A program made the translations under genes and the position numbers. The notes beneath the pieces were generated by a model. That model had not been told where the DNA came from. It ran no database searches and worked only from the letters and a program-made list of their open reading frames with translations. Positions 36,794-46,031 of a DNA stretch of 64,000 nt are shown piece after piece (the first letter of the stretch is position 1; every line of letters begins with the position of its first letter). The stretch lies in contig CAYFMJ010000001.1 in NCBI GenBank assembly GCA_964344235.1, forward strand, positions 1 to 64,000, given 5' to 3'. Origin of the DNA: an uncultured Methanosarcinales archaeon. GTDB taxonomy: Archaea > Nanobdellota > Nanobdellia > Woesearchaeales > GW2011-AR9.

Positions 36794-38578
36794 ATGGCAA
36801 TTCGGAAAGTCTTAGTAACAGTGGTAGGGCATGTTGACCACGGAAAAACGTCGTTGTTAGATAAGATTAGACGGACCGCCGTCACACGAGGGGAAGCTGG
36901 CGGGATTACGCAGGCGATTGGAGTATCAATTATTCCGATTGAGACAATTAAGAAAGTCTGTGGAAGTTTATTAGATTCATTCAAAGACAATTTAACAGTT
37001 CCCGGTTTGTTAACTATCGATACGCCGGGTCATGCAGCATTTACATCTCTACGGAAGCGAGGAGGAAGTTTAGCGGACATTGCGATTTTAGTGGTAGATA
37101 TTAATGAGGGGTTTAAACCACAAACGATTGAGAGTATTGAAATTCTGAAGGCAAACAAAGTACCGTTTATTGTTGCCGCTAACAAGATTGATTTGATGCA
37201 TTATTGGCAGTATGATGAGAAGAAAAATTTGATGCAGAATATTGGTTCTTTAAATCACCAAATTCAGGGAGAGTTTGAAAAGAAGTTGTACGAACTCGTT
37301 GGACAATTTGGAGAACACGGTGTGCAAGCAGAGCGATTCGATAGAGTGCAGGATTATACCAAACAAATTGCCATCGTGCCAGTGTCTGCGGAAACTGGAC
37401 AGGGCATTCCAGAATTGTTAATGGTGTTAACGGGTTTAGCGCAGAAGTATTTGGAGGCGAGTCTAGAGATTGAAGAGGAAGGTAATTGTAAAGGAACGAT
37501 CTTGGAAGTAACCGAGGAGAAAGGGTTAGGTACGACGTTAAATGTGATTATTTACAATGGTTCTCTTGCTGTGAATGATACGCTGGTAATTGGTGGCGTG
37601 GAAGAACCGATTGTTGTTAAAGTACGGGCGTTACTTGAGCCAGCAGAATTGGCAGAGATGCGAGAGAAGAAAAGTAAGTTCAAGAATATCAAAGAAGTGC
37701 ATGCCGCTACAGGTGTAAAAATCGCAGCGCCAGGGTTAGAGAATGCTGTAGCAGGGATGCCCGTAAGAAGTTGTTCTGGAGATGCTGAGGAAGTGGAGAG
37801 GTTAAAGAAAGAAGTACAGGAAGAGGTTGGCGAGACAGTTGTTGAGAATGAAGAAATGGGCGTGATGATTAAAGCCGATACAATTGGTGGTTTGGAAGCA
37901 TTACGAAAATTGTTGGAAGAGAAAGATATTCCCGTTTCATCTGCATCTTTAGGAAATATTAGTAAGAAAGATTTAGCGAGCTTGGAATCGTTGAAGGATA
38001 AAGATCCATTCTTTGGCGTGTTACTTGGATTTAATATTACGTTGGGAAGTGATTTAGAAGAAACTTTGAAGAATAAGAAATTGAAAGTGATTACCCACGA
38101 TGTTATTTACCAAATCATCGATGATTATGAAGAGTATCGTGAGACGTTGAAGAAAGATATTGAAATGAAAGAGTTCTCTGCATTGGTTCGACCGTGTAAA
38201 TTTGCTGTGTTGAAGGGGTATACATTTAGACAGAGTAATCCCGCGATTGTTGGAGTGGAGATTGAAATTGGTCGGATAAAAACAGGAGACGGCATTTTGA
38301 AAGATGGTCGAGGTCGCGTTGGAGTTGTTAAGAGTTTGAAGGAAGGAAAAGAAAATGTGTCTGTTGCAGAGCAGGGAAGGCAATTAGCGATGGCAATGGA
38401 AGGAGTTACTCTAGGAAGACAAGTGGAAGAGGGTGACTTTCTGTATACAGATATTCCTGAAGAAGATTTTGTGAAGTTGAAAGCGTTGAAGCAACATTTA
38501 TCTAAGGTTGAGATTAGTGTGCTGAAAGAAATAGCTGAGATTAAACGGAAAGATAACCCTGTGTGGGGAGTTGGGTAA
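36794..38578 (+). CDS. infB: Translation initiation factor aIF5B (IF-2)
   Basis: GHVDHGKTSLLDKIR, DTPGH, NKID, KADTIGGLEAL. Confidence 0.97.
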   Translation: MAIRKVLVTVVGHVDHGKTSLLDKIRRTAVTRGEAGGITQAIGVSIIPIETIKKVCGSLLDSFKDNLTVPGLLTIDTPGHAAFTSLRKRGGSLADIAILVVDINEGFKPQTIESIEILKANKVPFIVAANKIDLMHYWQYDEKKNLMQNIGSLNHQIQGEFEKKLYELVGQFGEHGVQAERFDRVQDYTKQIAIVPVSAETGQGIPELLMVLTGLAQKYLEASLEIEEEGNCKGTILEVTEEKGLGTTLNVIIYNGSLAVNDTLVIGGVEEPIVVKVRALLEPAELAEMREKKSKFKNIKEVHAATGVKIAAPGLENAVAGMPVRSCSGDAEEVERLKKEVQEEVGETVVENEEMGVMIKADTIGGLEALRKLLEEKDIPVSSASLGNISKKDLASLESLKDKDPFFGVLLGFNITLGSDLEETLKNKKLKVITHDVIYQIIDDYEEYRETLKKDIEMKEFSALVRPCKFAVLKGYTFRQSNPAIVGVEIEIGRIKTGDGILKDGRGRVGVVKSLKEGKENVSVAEQGRQLAMAMEGVTLGRQVEEGDFLYTDIPEEDFVKLKALKQHLSKVEISVLKEIAEIKRKDNPVWGVG

Positions 38579-38603
38579 AGAAAAAAAGAGAAAAGAAAAA
38601 AAA

Positions 38604-40031
38604 TTAAATTTCTTCTGTTACAGTTGCATCTTCTGCAGTTGTTCCTTCAATGATTACTTCCATGCCACCGGCACTTGCAATCTTTTCCGGATAATTTGCC
38701 AAGACTTTTGCAGCTAAACGAGTATCCTCACCGCTGTATCCCGCGATTAGTAAGGCATAGTTGCCATTAGCATGTTGGAACAACTGGATCTTCGCTTTAC
38801 CTGGTTCGAAGCCTTCTGTACAGTCTGAAGGAAAGCCAAGTAATTCTGCTGCAACAGTGTTAACACAGGGGTTACCAACAACGATCAAGTTCTGTGCTGG
38901 GACACTAGCAATTTCTGAATCAAGTTTTGTCGCACCCATACTAGGTTCATAGTAGCCCAATGTAGCGAAAAATACCGCCACATCAATCATAGAGAGAACA
39001 TCAATAGGGGCCGCAGATTCACCAACAACAAACAGGCCGTTAAATTTCCCTTCAGTAAGGAACATGGTAGGATAATCTGAAAGATCATTTCCTACAGGTA
39101 AATTGTAAACTTCTGTCTCGAAATCATCAACTTCCTCAATGAACTCTTCAATGTCGTTCTCCAAATCTTTAAGGTCGTCTGTCAATTCGTCTTTTTCCTC
39201 ATCGTTCAATTCAGAATCTTCAATTTGATCAATCAGATCGTGAACTGCATCTTCAAGGTCCATGAGGGATTCACTTAGCGAGTTGATGTCATCCTTAGCT
39301 TCAGAAAGTGTTTCTTCGCCAGATTATTCAATTGCATCGTCAACAGCATCTTTGATGTCATCGAACCAATCTTCGAGATCTTTGTATTCATCTTGTAGGT
39401 CATCAACTGCGTCTTCGTAAAGACTTAAGCCAGCTAACTCTGCATCAATCATTGCTTTAAAGACACTATATGGTTGAGCGCCTAGTAATGGTTTATCGTT
39501 GATGAAAAACTGGGGAGTGCCAGTGATTCCAGCATCGGCTGCCTCAGCGAAGTTGTTTTCAACTAAGTTAGTATATTTACCGTTCATCAGACATTGAGTG
39601 AATTCAGGAACGTTGATACCTGACTTTTTAGCTAATGTTCGAAATGTTGAGTAGTCAAAGTCCGGGTTTTTCCAGAATAAGTATCGTTGGTATTGCCAAT
39701 ACTTTCCTTGTTCACCCGCACAGTGAGCTGCTTCAGAAGCTTCTTGAGCCCATGGGTGAAACGATAGAGGGAAGTCATGGAAAACGATTTGCACTAACCC
39801 TTTGTTAATGTAATTAGTCTTAATTTTAGGAAATGTTTCCTTGTAGAAGTTTTTGTTAAATGGGCCTTGGTAATCTCCAAACCAGACAATTGTCACTGGA
39901 GCATTTCCTGCACCAAGTGAAGGGCCTTCAACAAAATCTTCATTAAATTCAGGTTCAGCAATAGCTGTTACAGCAAAGATTGAAACAAGAAATACTGTAA
40001 GTAAAACCATACTTAATGTTGATTTTTTCAT
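38604..40031 (-). pseudogene. DsbA-like + acidic helical + S-layer-C-like fusion interrupted by one in-frame TAA at 39324-39326
   Basis: Track ORFs 39324-40031 and 38604-39263 are in frame, joined by TAA plus 20 sense codons; DsbA motifs GPSLG...APVTIV, HDFPLSFH, GITGTPQFFIN; QNLIVVGNPCVN. Confidence 0.7.
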
Positions 40032-40160
40032 TTTTGTAATGCCTCGTGTGTGTTTTTATTGCCAGAAGAGGGTTGTTTATTTAAACTTTCGCATTGTTAT
40101 TACTACCAAGTGGTTTTTTTGAAGGAAACTATTAAGTAGCTCGATGATTCTGGAAGGTAG

Positions 40161-40625
40161 ATGATTGGATTAAAAATATTGAATTCGAGGGAACGGAAGA
40201 AGATGAATGAAATTCTAAAGCAGCAGTTTGGTTGTAGTTTGGTGAAAGAGTATGCGTACTTGATGAATGGTAAAGATAAAGCGTTTGTGGTGAATAAAGA
40301 TGTTGATAGAGTTGATTTAGGAAAGATTCGAGTGGATAGATTGGGGTTATATTTCGCTGAATGGAAGAATACGCAGGTTAGATTGAGTAAGGAAGGAGCG
40401 GCGTTACTTGTTGCGGAGAATAAGGGCAAAGTGGAGAATATTGTAGATTTGAGTAAGGAAGAGGTTGAGAAGTATTTCAAAGGGAATGATTTGAAGAAAG
40501 ATTTAGGGGGGGATCGTTTGGTTATTTTACGATTTGAGGATAATATTATTGGTTGTGCTAAGTATAAACAAGGAGAAATTCTGAATTTTTTGCCTAAAAT
40601 TCATAGGGGAACCGTTATCGTTTGA
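40161..40625 (+). CDS. NIP7/RsmF-C-like pre-PUA/PUA RNA-binding protein
   Basis: RVDRLGLYFAE, RLSKEGA, LSKEEVEKYFKGNDL, IGCAKYK...LNFLPK. Confidence 0.75.
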   Translation: MIGLKILNSRERKKMNEILKQQFGCSLVKEYAYLMNGKDKAFVVNKDVDRVDLGKIRVDRLGLYFAEWKNTQVRLSKEGAALLVAENKGKVENIVDLSKEEVEKYFKGNDLKKDLGGDRLVILRFEDNIIGCAKYKQGEILNFLPKIHRGTVIV

Positions 40626-40715
40626 GGGGGGGTACTACTTTTAAGTAGCGTCTTTACGAAACATTTATAAAAAACTATAGTCTGGAGTATCTAAAACCTC
40701 GAGGAGCGATTTAAA

Positions 40716-42332
40716 ATGAGAATGAAAGCATTATATTTACTTGTCTTGGCTGTTTTTCTAGTTGGTTTAGTAAGCCCAGGAGTTGCAGCTGCGGATGAAG
40801 TTGACTTAAAAGTAACTAACTTAGGATTGTCAACATTCGATTTTGATGCTGATGCTAAAACTGTTTCATTTAGTGTTGGTGTACAGAATGTAGGGGATGT
40901 AGAAGTTGAAGACTATGAAATCACTTTACAGACTCTTGCAGAAGATGGTTCTGTTGTTGACAGCAAAACATACGATAATAAGTTCAAAAGTGCGTTAGTA
41001 CCAAATGCAATGAGAAGCCATGGAGTAGTTGATTTGCCTGTAGATGCAGATTTACTTGCAAATGAAGGAATTGTAAGAATTGGCGCGGTTGTTGAAACAG
41101 AAGGCGATGTTGAGCCTACAAACAACGAAGCAACAAAAGATTTCCAGGTTGACGAAATAAATTACGATTTAATTGTCTTTGGTATGGCTCAGAGTGAATT
41201 TGAGGTTGATGAAAATGGTTTAGCTTCATTTACTGTCTTTGTACAAAACATTGGAACCACACAAATCCAAGATAGTTACTCAGTTTTAGTTGAAACATTG
41301 GATAATGAAGGGAACGTTGTTGGAACGTATGTAAAAAATACGTTTGGAACATTAACTCCAAATTCAATCTTATATGTTCATGTTTCAGACATCTTAGTTG
41401 ACACCACTGAAGCAACAACCACTCTTCGAGCAACTGTTGATTCAGAGAATGTGATTGCTGAAACAAATGAAGAGAACAACGTACTGACAAAGGTTGTTGA
41501 CTTACCTGGAGATGTTGTTATTGTTGCAGATGAAGATGGTGACGGTATTGAAGATGCAGACGATAATTGTCCAGCTGTCGAGAATGCAGATCAGGCTGAC
41601 GTTGACGGAGATTCTGTAGGAGATGCTTGTGATGGTGATAACACAGATGGCCCTTTAGCAGATGCTGACGAAGACGGTGTTGCTAATGCTGAAGACAATT
41701 GTCCAGCCGACGCTAATACTGATCAAATTGATACAGACGGTGACGGTACAGGAGATGTCTGTGAACCCGTTGAGTTAAGCGAAGAGGAAGAAGATCTTAT
41801 TGGGTTTGAAGATGATTACGATGAGTATTACAAGGACTTCAAAGATCTGAAGAAAGATTACAAGAAAGAGCTTAAGGACAAAGATTACGATAAAATCGAT
41901 GAGATTGAAGAAGATTTAATCTCATTAGATGATGACCTTGAGAACTTAGAAGAAGACGTAGAGGACTTGGAGGAAGAGATCGAAGATGCTGATCCCGCAT
42001 TAGAGAATGAGGATGAGTTGCTTGATGATATCGAAACACTCTTAGATGACATCGATGAATTGCGTGATGACATTGCTGCGTTAATTGGTGATGATATTAA
42101 CAGTTCATTTTCAAGTTCCAGTTCAAACTTTGACCCATATGTTCCACCAGTACAGGAAGATAACGTTGTCTTAGAACCGTTCAACTTCGATCTCCCTGCG
42201 TTTACAGGAGCAAGCGTTGCTCCGGAAGAAACGTCTGGTTGGAGTGACTTTAGATTAATCGCATGGGGCATTGCAGGACTTGTAGTCTTGTTAGCGGTAA
42301 TAATCTTCTTAGTTGCAGTATTACTGCGATAA
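40716..42332 (+). CDS. Surface protein with two CARDB domains, TSP type-3 repeats, an acidic helical module and a C-terminal TM anchor
   Basis: VQNVG..., [28 protein letters not shown]...[10 protein letters not shown]; TM followed by LR. Confidence 0.85.
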   Translation: MRMKALYLLVLAVFLVGLVSPGVAAADEVDLKVTNLGLSTFDFDADAKTVSFSVGVQNVGDVEVEDYEITLQTLAEDGSVVDSKTYDNKFKSALVPNAMRSHGVVDLPVDADLLANEGIVRIGAVVETEGDVEPTNNEATKDFQVDEINYDLIVFGMAQSEFEVDENGLASFTVFVQNIGTTQIQDSYSVLVETLDNEGNVVGTYVKNTFGTLTPNSILYVHVSDILVDTTEATTTLRATVDSENVIAETNEENNVLTKVVDLPGDVVIVADEDGDGIEDADDNCPAVENADQADVDGDSVGDACDGDNTDGPLADADEDGVANAEDNCPADANTDQIDTDGDGTGDVCEPVELSEEEEDLIGFEDDYDEYYKDFKDLKKDYKKELKDKDYDKIDEIEEDLISLDDDLENLEEDVEDLEEEIEDADPALENEDELLDDIETLLDDIDELRDDIAALIGDDINSSFSSSSSNFDPYVPPVQEDNVVLEPFNFDLPAFTGASVAPEETSGWSDFRLIAWGIAGLVVLLAVIIFLVAVLLR

Positions 42333-42364
42333 TTTTTTATTTTATTATTTTATTTATTTCTATA

Positions 42365-42871
42365 ATGAGATGGAACTTATTTTATGGAGCTGCATGTATC
42401 TATTTTCTTGGCTGTATGGGGACGGCTCCACAAAGAGCTGAGGAACCAGTATTGCCCCTTAAACAAATGGTGGATCCGGAAGTTGCGGCCTTAGCACGAG
42501 CTGTTCGAGATACAGCTGACCGTCGAGATGTAGGAAATGCCGCGGGTTATGACACATACGAAAGGGATATCACAGCAATAGAACTTCGATTTACGGTACA
42601 ATTTCGTGACCGCTCAGTTGATGCTCGAAAGCCACCAGATGGAGAAATTGGTCTAGAAGACGCTATTCTTATTGATGTCTATAAACCAAACGAAACATGG
42701 CGATGGAGGAGGTACGTAGACCAAAGTCTTAATGGTATTCACCCATATACGAAAGACATGGCGCCCGGCAAACCACTTCATTGGTTATCTCCTAAACAAT
42801 TACAGATGAGGAACCAAGAATACTTTGCGGATGTACGGCAAGCTTTGATAGCGTTAGAAAAACAAAAATAA
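42365..42871 (+). CDS. Putative lipoprotein, hypothetical
   Basis: MRWNLFYGAACIYFLG-C17; ATG at 42365 follows a T-rich terminator. Confidence 0.55.
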   Translation: MRWNLFYGAACIYFLGCMGTAPQRAEEPVLPLKQMVDPEVAALARAVRDTADRRDVGNAAGYDTYERDITAIELRFTVQFRDRSVDARKPPDGEIGLEDAILIDVYKPNETWRWRRYVDQSLNGIHPYTKDMAPGKPLHWLSPKQLQMRNQEYFADVRQALIALEKQK

Positions 42872-42872
42872 A

Positions 42873-43106
42873 TTATTTTAGAACGTCTTCGATAGGTTTC
42901 TTACCTTTCAGCTTCTTCGCTTCGGTTTTCGCTTGCTTCACCAAATCAACCCCGAGGCCTTTGAGTTCTTTAACGTGCATCTGCATTAATTGCTCAACAA
43001 TTTGAAGAATACGCATCAGTTCTTCCCGTTCTTTGCTTAACGTAGCGAGGGAACCTTTATGGAAGCCCACTTTTTCATCTTTTGATTCTGTTTGCTTTTT
43101 TGCCAT
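42873..43106 (-). CDS. Small conserved archaeal helical protein
   Basis: FHKGSLATLSKEREELMRILQIVEQLMQMHVKEL. Confidence 0.6.
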   Translation of the reverse strand: MAKKQTESKDEKVGFHKGSLATLSKEREELMRILQIVEQLMQMHVKELKGLGVDLVKQAKTEAKKLKGKKPIEDVLK

Positions 43107-43188
43107 AAAATGGAAGGGAGGAAGAACCTTATTAAGTTTTTGGTTAATGGAAGAAAAGATTTAAATTGGTTTATTGTATTCTCTAGGT

Positions 43189-43539
43189 ATGGGGTTTTTT
43201 AGTAAACTGAAGTTTTGGAAGAAGAAAGATTCATTAGATTTTGATTCTCTAGCAAGTAAAGAGTTCTCTGGGAGTGCGTTCCCAGATCAAGAGATGTTGG
43301 GGAAAGCTCCAGAGTTTAACGATCCGATGGTTGGAAGACGGAGTGAATCTTTGGGGCAGTACACACCGCCAACAAGTGCATTACCGCAGCAGGGAAGTGT
43401 GGGAGAAGGGAGAGATTTAGAGTTGATTAGCAGTAAGCTAGACACGATTAAAGCACTTCTGACATCGATGGAACAACGGTTAGCGAACGTGGAAAAGAGC
43501 CTCGGCTCACAACAGAAGCCACCGCAGCGATTATGGTAG
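43189..43539 (+). CDS. Hypothetical protein with a C-terminal coiled coil
   Basis: MGFFSKLKFWKK; DLELISSKLDTIKALLTSMEQRLANVE; overlaps the lspA start. Confidence 0.65.
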   Translation: MGFFSKLKFWKKKDSLDFDSLASKEFSGSAFPDQEMLGKAPEFNDPMVGRRSESLGQYTPPTSALPQQGSVGEGRDLELISSKLDTIKALLTSMEQRLANVEKSLGSQQKPPQRLW

Positions 43540-43964
43540 CAAAGCAGTATTGGAAATTATTCTGGGGAATTGTATTTAGTGTTATTTTTATTGATCAAGT
43601 GACGAAGTATTTTGTTGCTCTGCATAAACCAACGATTGATTGGGGTTTGCTGAGGATTGAGTATATCACCAATACGGGAGCAGGGTTTGGTATTCTACAA
43701 GGACAAGTGTTCTGGTTGGCTGTAGTTTCATTTATTGTAGCTGTTGGCATTATTGCGTTCTATAAGAAAATTCCACAAGAGAAATGGACGCAAGTGTTCA
43801 TGGGATTATTTCTCGGAGGAGTTATTGGGAATTTAATTGATAGGGTGTTGCGGGGCTATGTTATTGATTTTGTGAATTTGACATTCTGGCCAGCGTTTAA
43901 TGCGGCAGATGTAGCATTAAGTGTGGCAGTTGTTGGGTTGCTGATAGTGACGTGGAAGAATTAA
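43533..43964 (+). CDS. lspA: Lipoprotein signal peptidase II
   Basis: DQVTK, NTGAGFG, GGVIGNLIDR, VIDF, PAFNAAD with both catalytic Asp present. Confidence 0.93.
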   Translation: MVAKQYWKLFWGIVFSVIFIDQVTKYFVALHKPTIDWGLLRIEYITNTGAGFGILQGQVFWLAVVSFIVAVGIIAFYKKIPQEKWTQVFMGLFLGGVIGNLIDRVLRGYVIDFVNLTFWPAFNAADVALSVAVVGLLIVTWKN

Positions 43965-44413
43965 TTAGTTTGCTCCCATCGTGTTCCATCAGGAAAGGTA
44001 ATGAGGTCGTCGTTATATGCCGGCCCTTTAGTGAATTCTGGTTGAGGGAATTGCTGTTTAAATCCAGAACCGTCTTGCGCTTCCAAATGTAGAATATCAT
44101 TTTGAATATACCAGATCCCCCAGTAAGTCTGTTCACCGTTATTCTCTAGATGGAATAAGCCATTATGTGGATGTGGAGCATCATCACTAGTTGCAGAATC
44201 GAAACTGATAACATCATAATCTTGGTTAGGAACACTCCACTTACCTAAAAACTCTATTGGTGAAGACCAATCTGTCGCTACTTCTTCCATAGGAGGGATT
44301 GGGGCTTGTGGAGAGGGATGCGATGGTGGTTCACCCGTAGTAACTTCAATTGAACAAGATGTTAGTAATAGTAAAGGTGTTAAAAGACTGACGAGAATGA
44401 AAAATGATTTCAT
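43961..44413 (-). CDS. Putative lipoprotein with a small beta-rich domain
   Basis: MKSFFILVSLLTPLLLLTS-C20, Pro-rich linker; start placed at the ATG at 44413. Confidence 0.6.
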   Translation of the reverse strand: MKSFFILVSLLTPLLLLTSCSIEVTTGEPPSHPSPQAPIPPMEEVATDWSSPIEFLGKWSVPNQDYDVISFDSATSDDAPHPHNGLFHLENNGEQTYWGIWYIQNDILHLEAQDGSGFKQQFPQPEFTKGPAYNDDLITFPDGTRWEQTN

Positions 44414-44447
44414 AAAGTAAAGATTAAATAGAAGTTTATATACTTTG

Positions 44448-45032
44448 TCAAACACAATTGTGGGCTTTGTATCCTTGTTCCCAAGCGTCTTCTTTTTTGT
44501 CAAACCATCTGCGACGTTCTTTTTTGATTTTTTTCGCCCACTCACACTTAGGAACGTGATACATATTGCTGTTAGAACTGGCAACGAATTTACCTGGCGA
44601 GAATTTCTTTTTAGGCGCTACTTTCTTGGCAGCAGTTTTTGTTGCTTTTACAACAGGAGCTGGTTCATCAAAGACAATACTATGTGGTTCTTCAGAGATT
44701 GGTTGCGGTGCACTATAGGTAGGAAATGCAACGAAGAAACCAATTAATGCAATGATAATTAATGTTGGAAAAAAACTGCCGTGTACTAACCAAATTAAAA
44801 CAAAGTTGATAACGTACAGAAAAAAAAGTGTAAAGAATACTGAGTCGCTCCAATGTTTTGTGTAACCAAGAAGGCCAATGAAAAATAAGAGTGCAAACAG
44901 AAGGAAAATGATCAGTTCAATCCAGAAAAATGCACCAGATGTGTTGATGAAAATAGTTAACGATGCAAATGAGAGAATAACAAATGCTAACGCATATACT
45001 ACAAGTTTCCAGACGCTCTTGATACCATTCAT
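44448..45032 (-). CDS. Four-TM protein with a C-terminal Ada-like metal-binding domain
   Basis: FVASSNSNMYHVPKCEWAKKIK...EQGYKAHNC. Confidence 0.7.
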   Translation of the reverse strand: MNGIKSVWKLVVYALAFVILSFASLTIFINTSGAFFWIELIIFLLFALLFFIGLLGYTKHWSDSVFFTLFFLYVINFVLIWLVHGSFFPTLIIIALIGFFVAFPTYSAPQPISEEPHSIVFDEPAPVVKATKTAAKKVAPKKKFSPGKFVASSNSNMYHVPKCEWAKKIKKERRRWFDKKEDAWEQGYKAHNCV

Positions 45033-45088
45033 AGAATAAATTGTAGAAAAAACGTATTTAAGAATTTCGATGGTTGAATAGGAATGTT

Positions 45089-45412
45089 CTAAAATTCTTC
45101 TTCAAGACTCTTTAAGTAACCCTTCCGTTTAAGAAATTCAACCTCTGCTTTACTACGGTATTTATAGACAACGTCGCCTTTCTCGTCTCCACCCAGTTCC
45201 CATGGTTCAATAAGGACAACATTTTGTTCCCGTACCCATAATGCTCTTCGTAATCTGCCTGGAATTCTACAGATACGTTCTTTACCATCTAAACAGAGAA
45301 CGCGCATTCTTGAACCACCTAATCGTTGCTGCACAATGCCAAGGACTTCTTTGCCTTTTGGAATTCTTACTCTTAGCACTTGTGGTTGATCAGATTGCTG
45401 TGGTTTCGCCAT
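45089..45412 (-). CDS. eif1a: Translation initiation factor aIF-1A
   Basis: LGGSRMRVLCLDGKERICRIPGRLRRALWVRE, GDVVYKY. Confidence 0.95.
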   Translation of the reverse strand: MAKPQQSDQPQVLRVRIPKGKEVLGIVQQRLGGSRMRVLCLDGKERICRIPGRLRRALWVREQNVVLIEPWELGGDEKGDVVYKYRSKAEVEFLKRKGYLKSLEEEF

Positions 45413-45522
45413 TTGTATTGGTTGGGTTGGGAGTTCTTTATAAAAGTTTGTAAGAGTATAGTTTTGAACATAATAGTTTCAGTCGCTGAATTCTTTTATA
45501 GCGGTGTGAGTTTGAAGTAGCT

Positions 45523-45696
45523 ATGGCACGATCATTACAAAAAGAGTTGCAAGAAATAAAGAAGAAGTTAAAGTCGTACGAGCGGAAAATGGAAGCGAAA
45601 GTGCAAGAACATCCGATGGCAGCAGTAGGCATTGCGCTAGGGGTTGGAGTGTTATTAGGAGCTGTCGTAAGTACATTAATTTCACGGAAGAAATAA
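45523..45696 (+). CDS. ElaB/YqjD/DUF883-like tail-anchored protein, 57 aa (not in the ORF track)
   Basis: MARSLQKELQEIKKKLKSYERKMEAKVQEHPMAAVGIALGVGVLLGAVVSTLISRKK. Confidence 0.7.
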   Translation: MARSLQKELQEIKKKLKSYERKMEAKVQEHPMAAVGIALGVGVLLGAVVSTLISRKK

Positions 45697-45972
45697 ATGG
45701 CAGGAAAAATTATGCGCGCATTGATAGAGGGTTTTCAGATGATGACTTCTCTCGCAGAGAATGTGGATAGGGCTGTTACAGCGCAATTGTATAGGGCGAA
45801 GAGAAGTGTGTTTCGTTCTGCGGTGCAGTTAGTGTTGTTTCTATTAGCTGTCGGGTTTATTGTCGTAGGGATTGTATTATTTCTAATGCGGTTTTTTTCA
45901 GTGGATATTGTGTTAGTGGTGTTTGGATTAGTGTTACTGTATATTATTATGTTAACTACTAAGTTCCGGTGA
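45697..45972 (+). CDS. Two-TM protein, YqjE/holin-X-like
   Basis: Amphipathic N-terminus followed by two TMs; starts immediately after the YqjD-like stop. Confidence 0.55.
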   Translation: MAGKIMRALIEGFQMMTSLAENVDRAVTAQLYRAKRSVFRSAVQLVLFLLAVGFIVVGIVLFLMRFFSVDIVLVVFGLVLLYIIMLTTKFR

Positions 45973-46031
45973 GAAAGTAATATATAGTACCTAGTTTCTG
46001 AAATTTCGCAAAAGGAGGAGGGATTATTTTT

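Noticed and set aside
3825-39326. Stop-codon reassignment explaining the in-frame TAG (3825) and TAA (39324)
   Set aside because: The two codons differ, both terminate conserved genes elsewhere in the window, and long housekeeping genes have no internal stops
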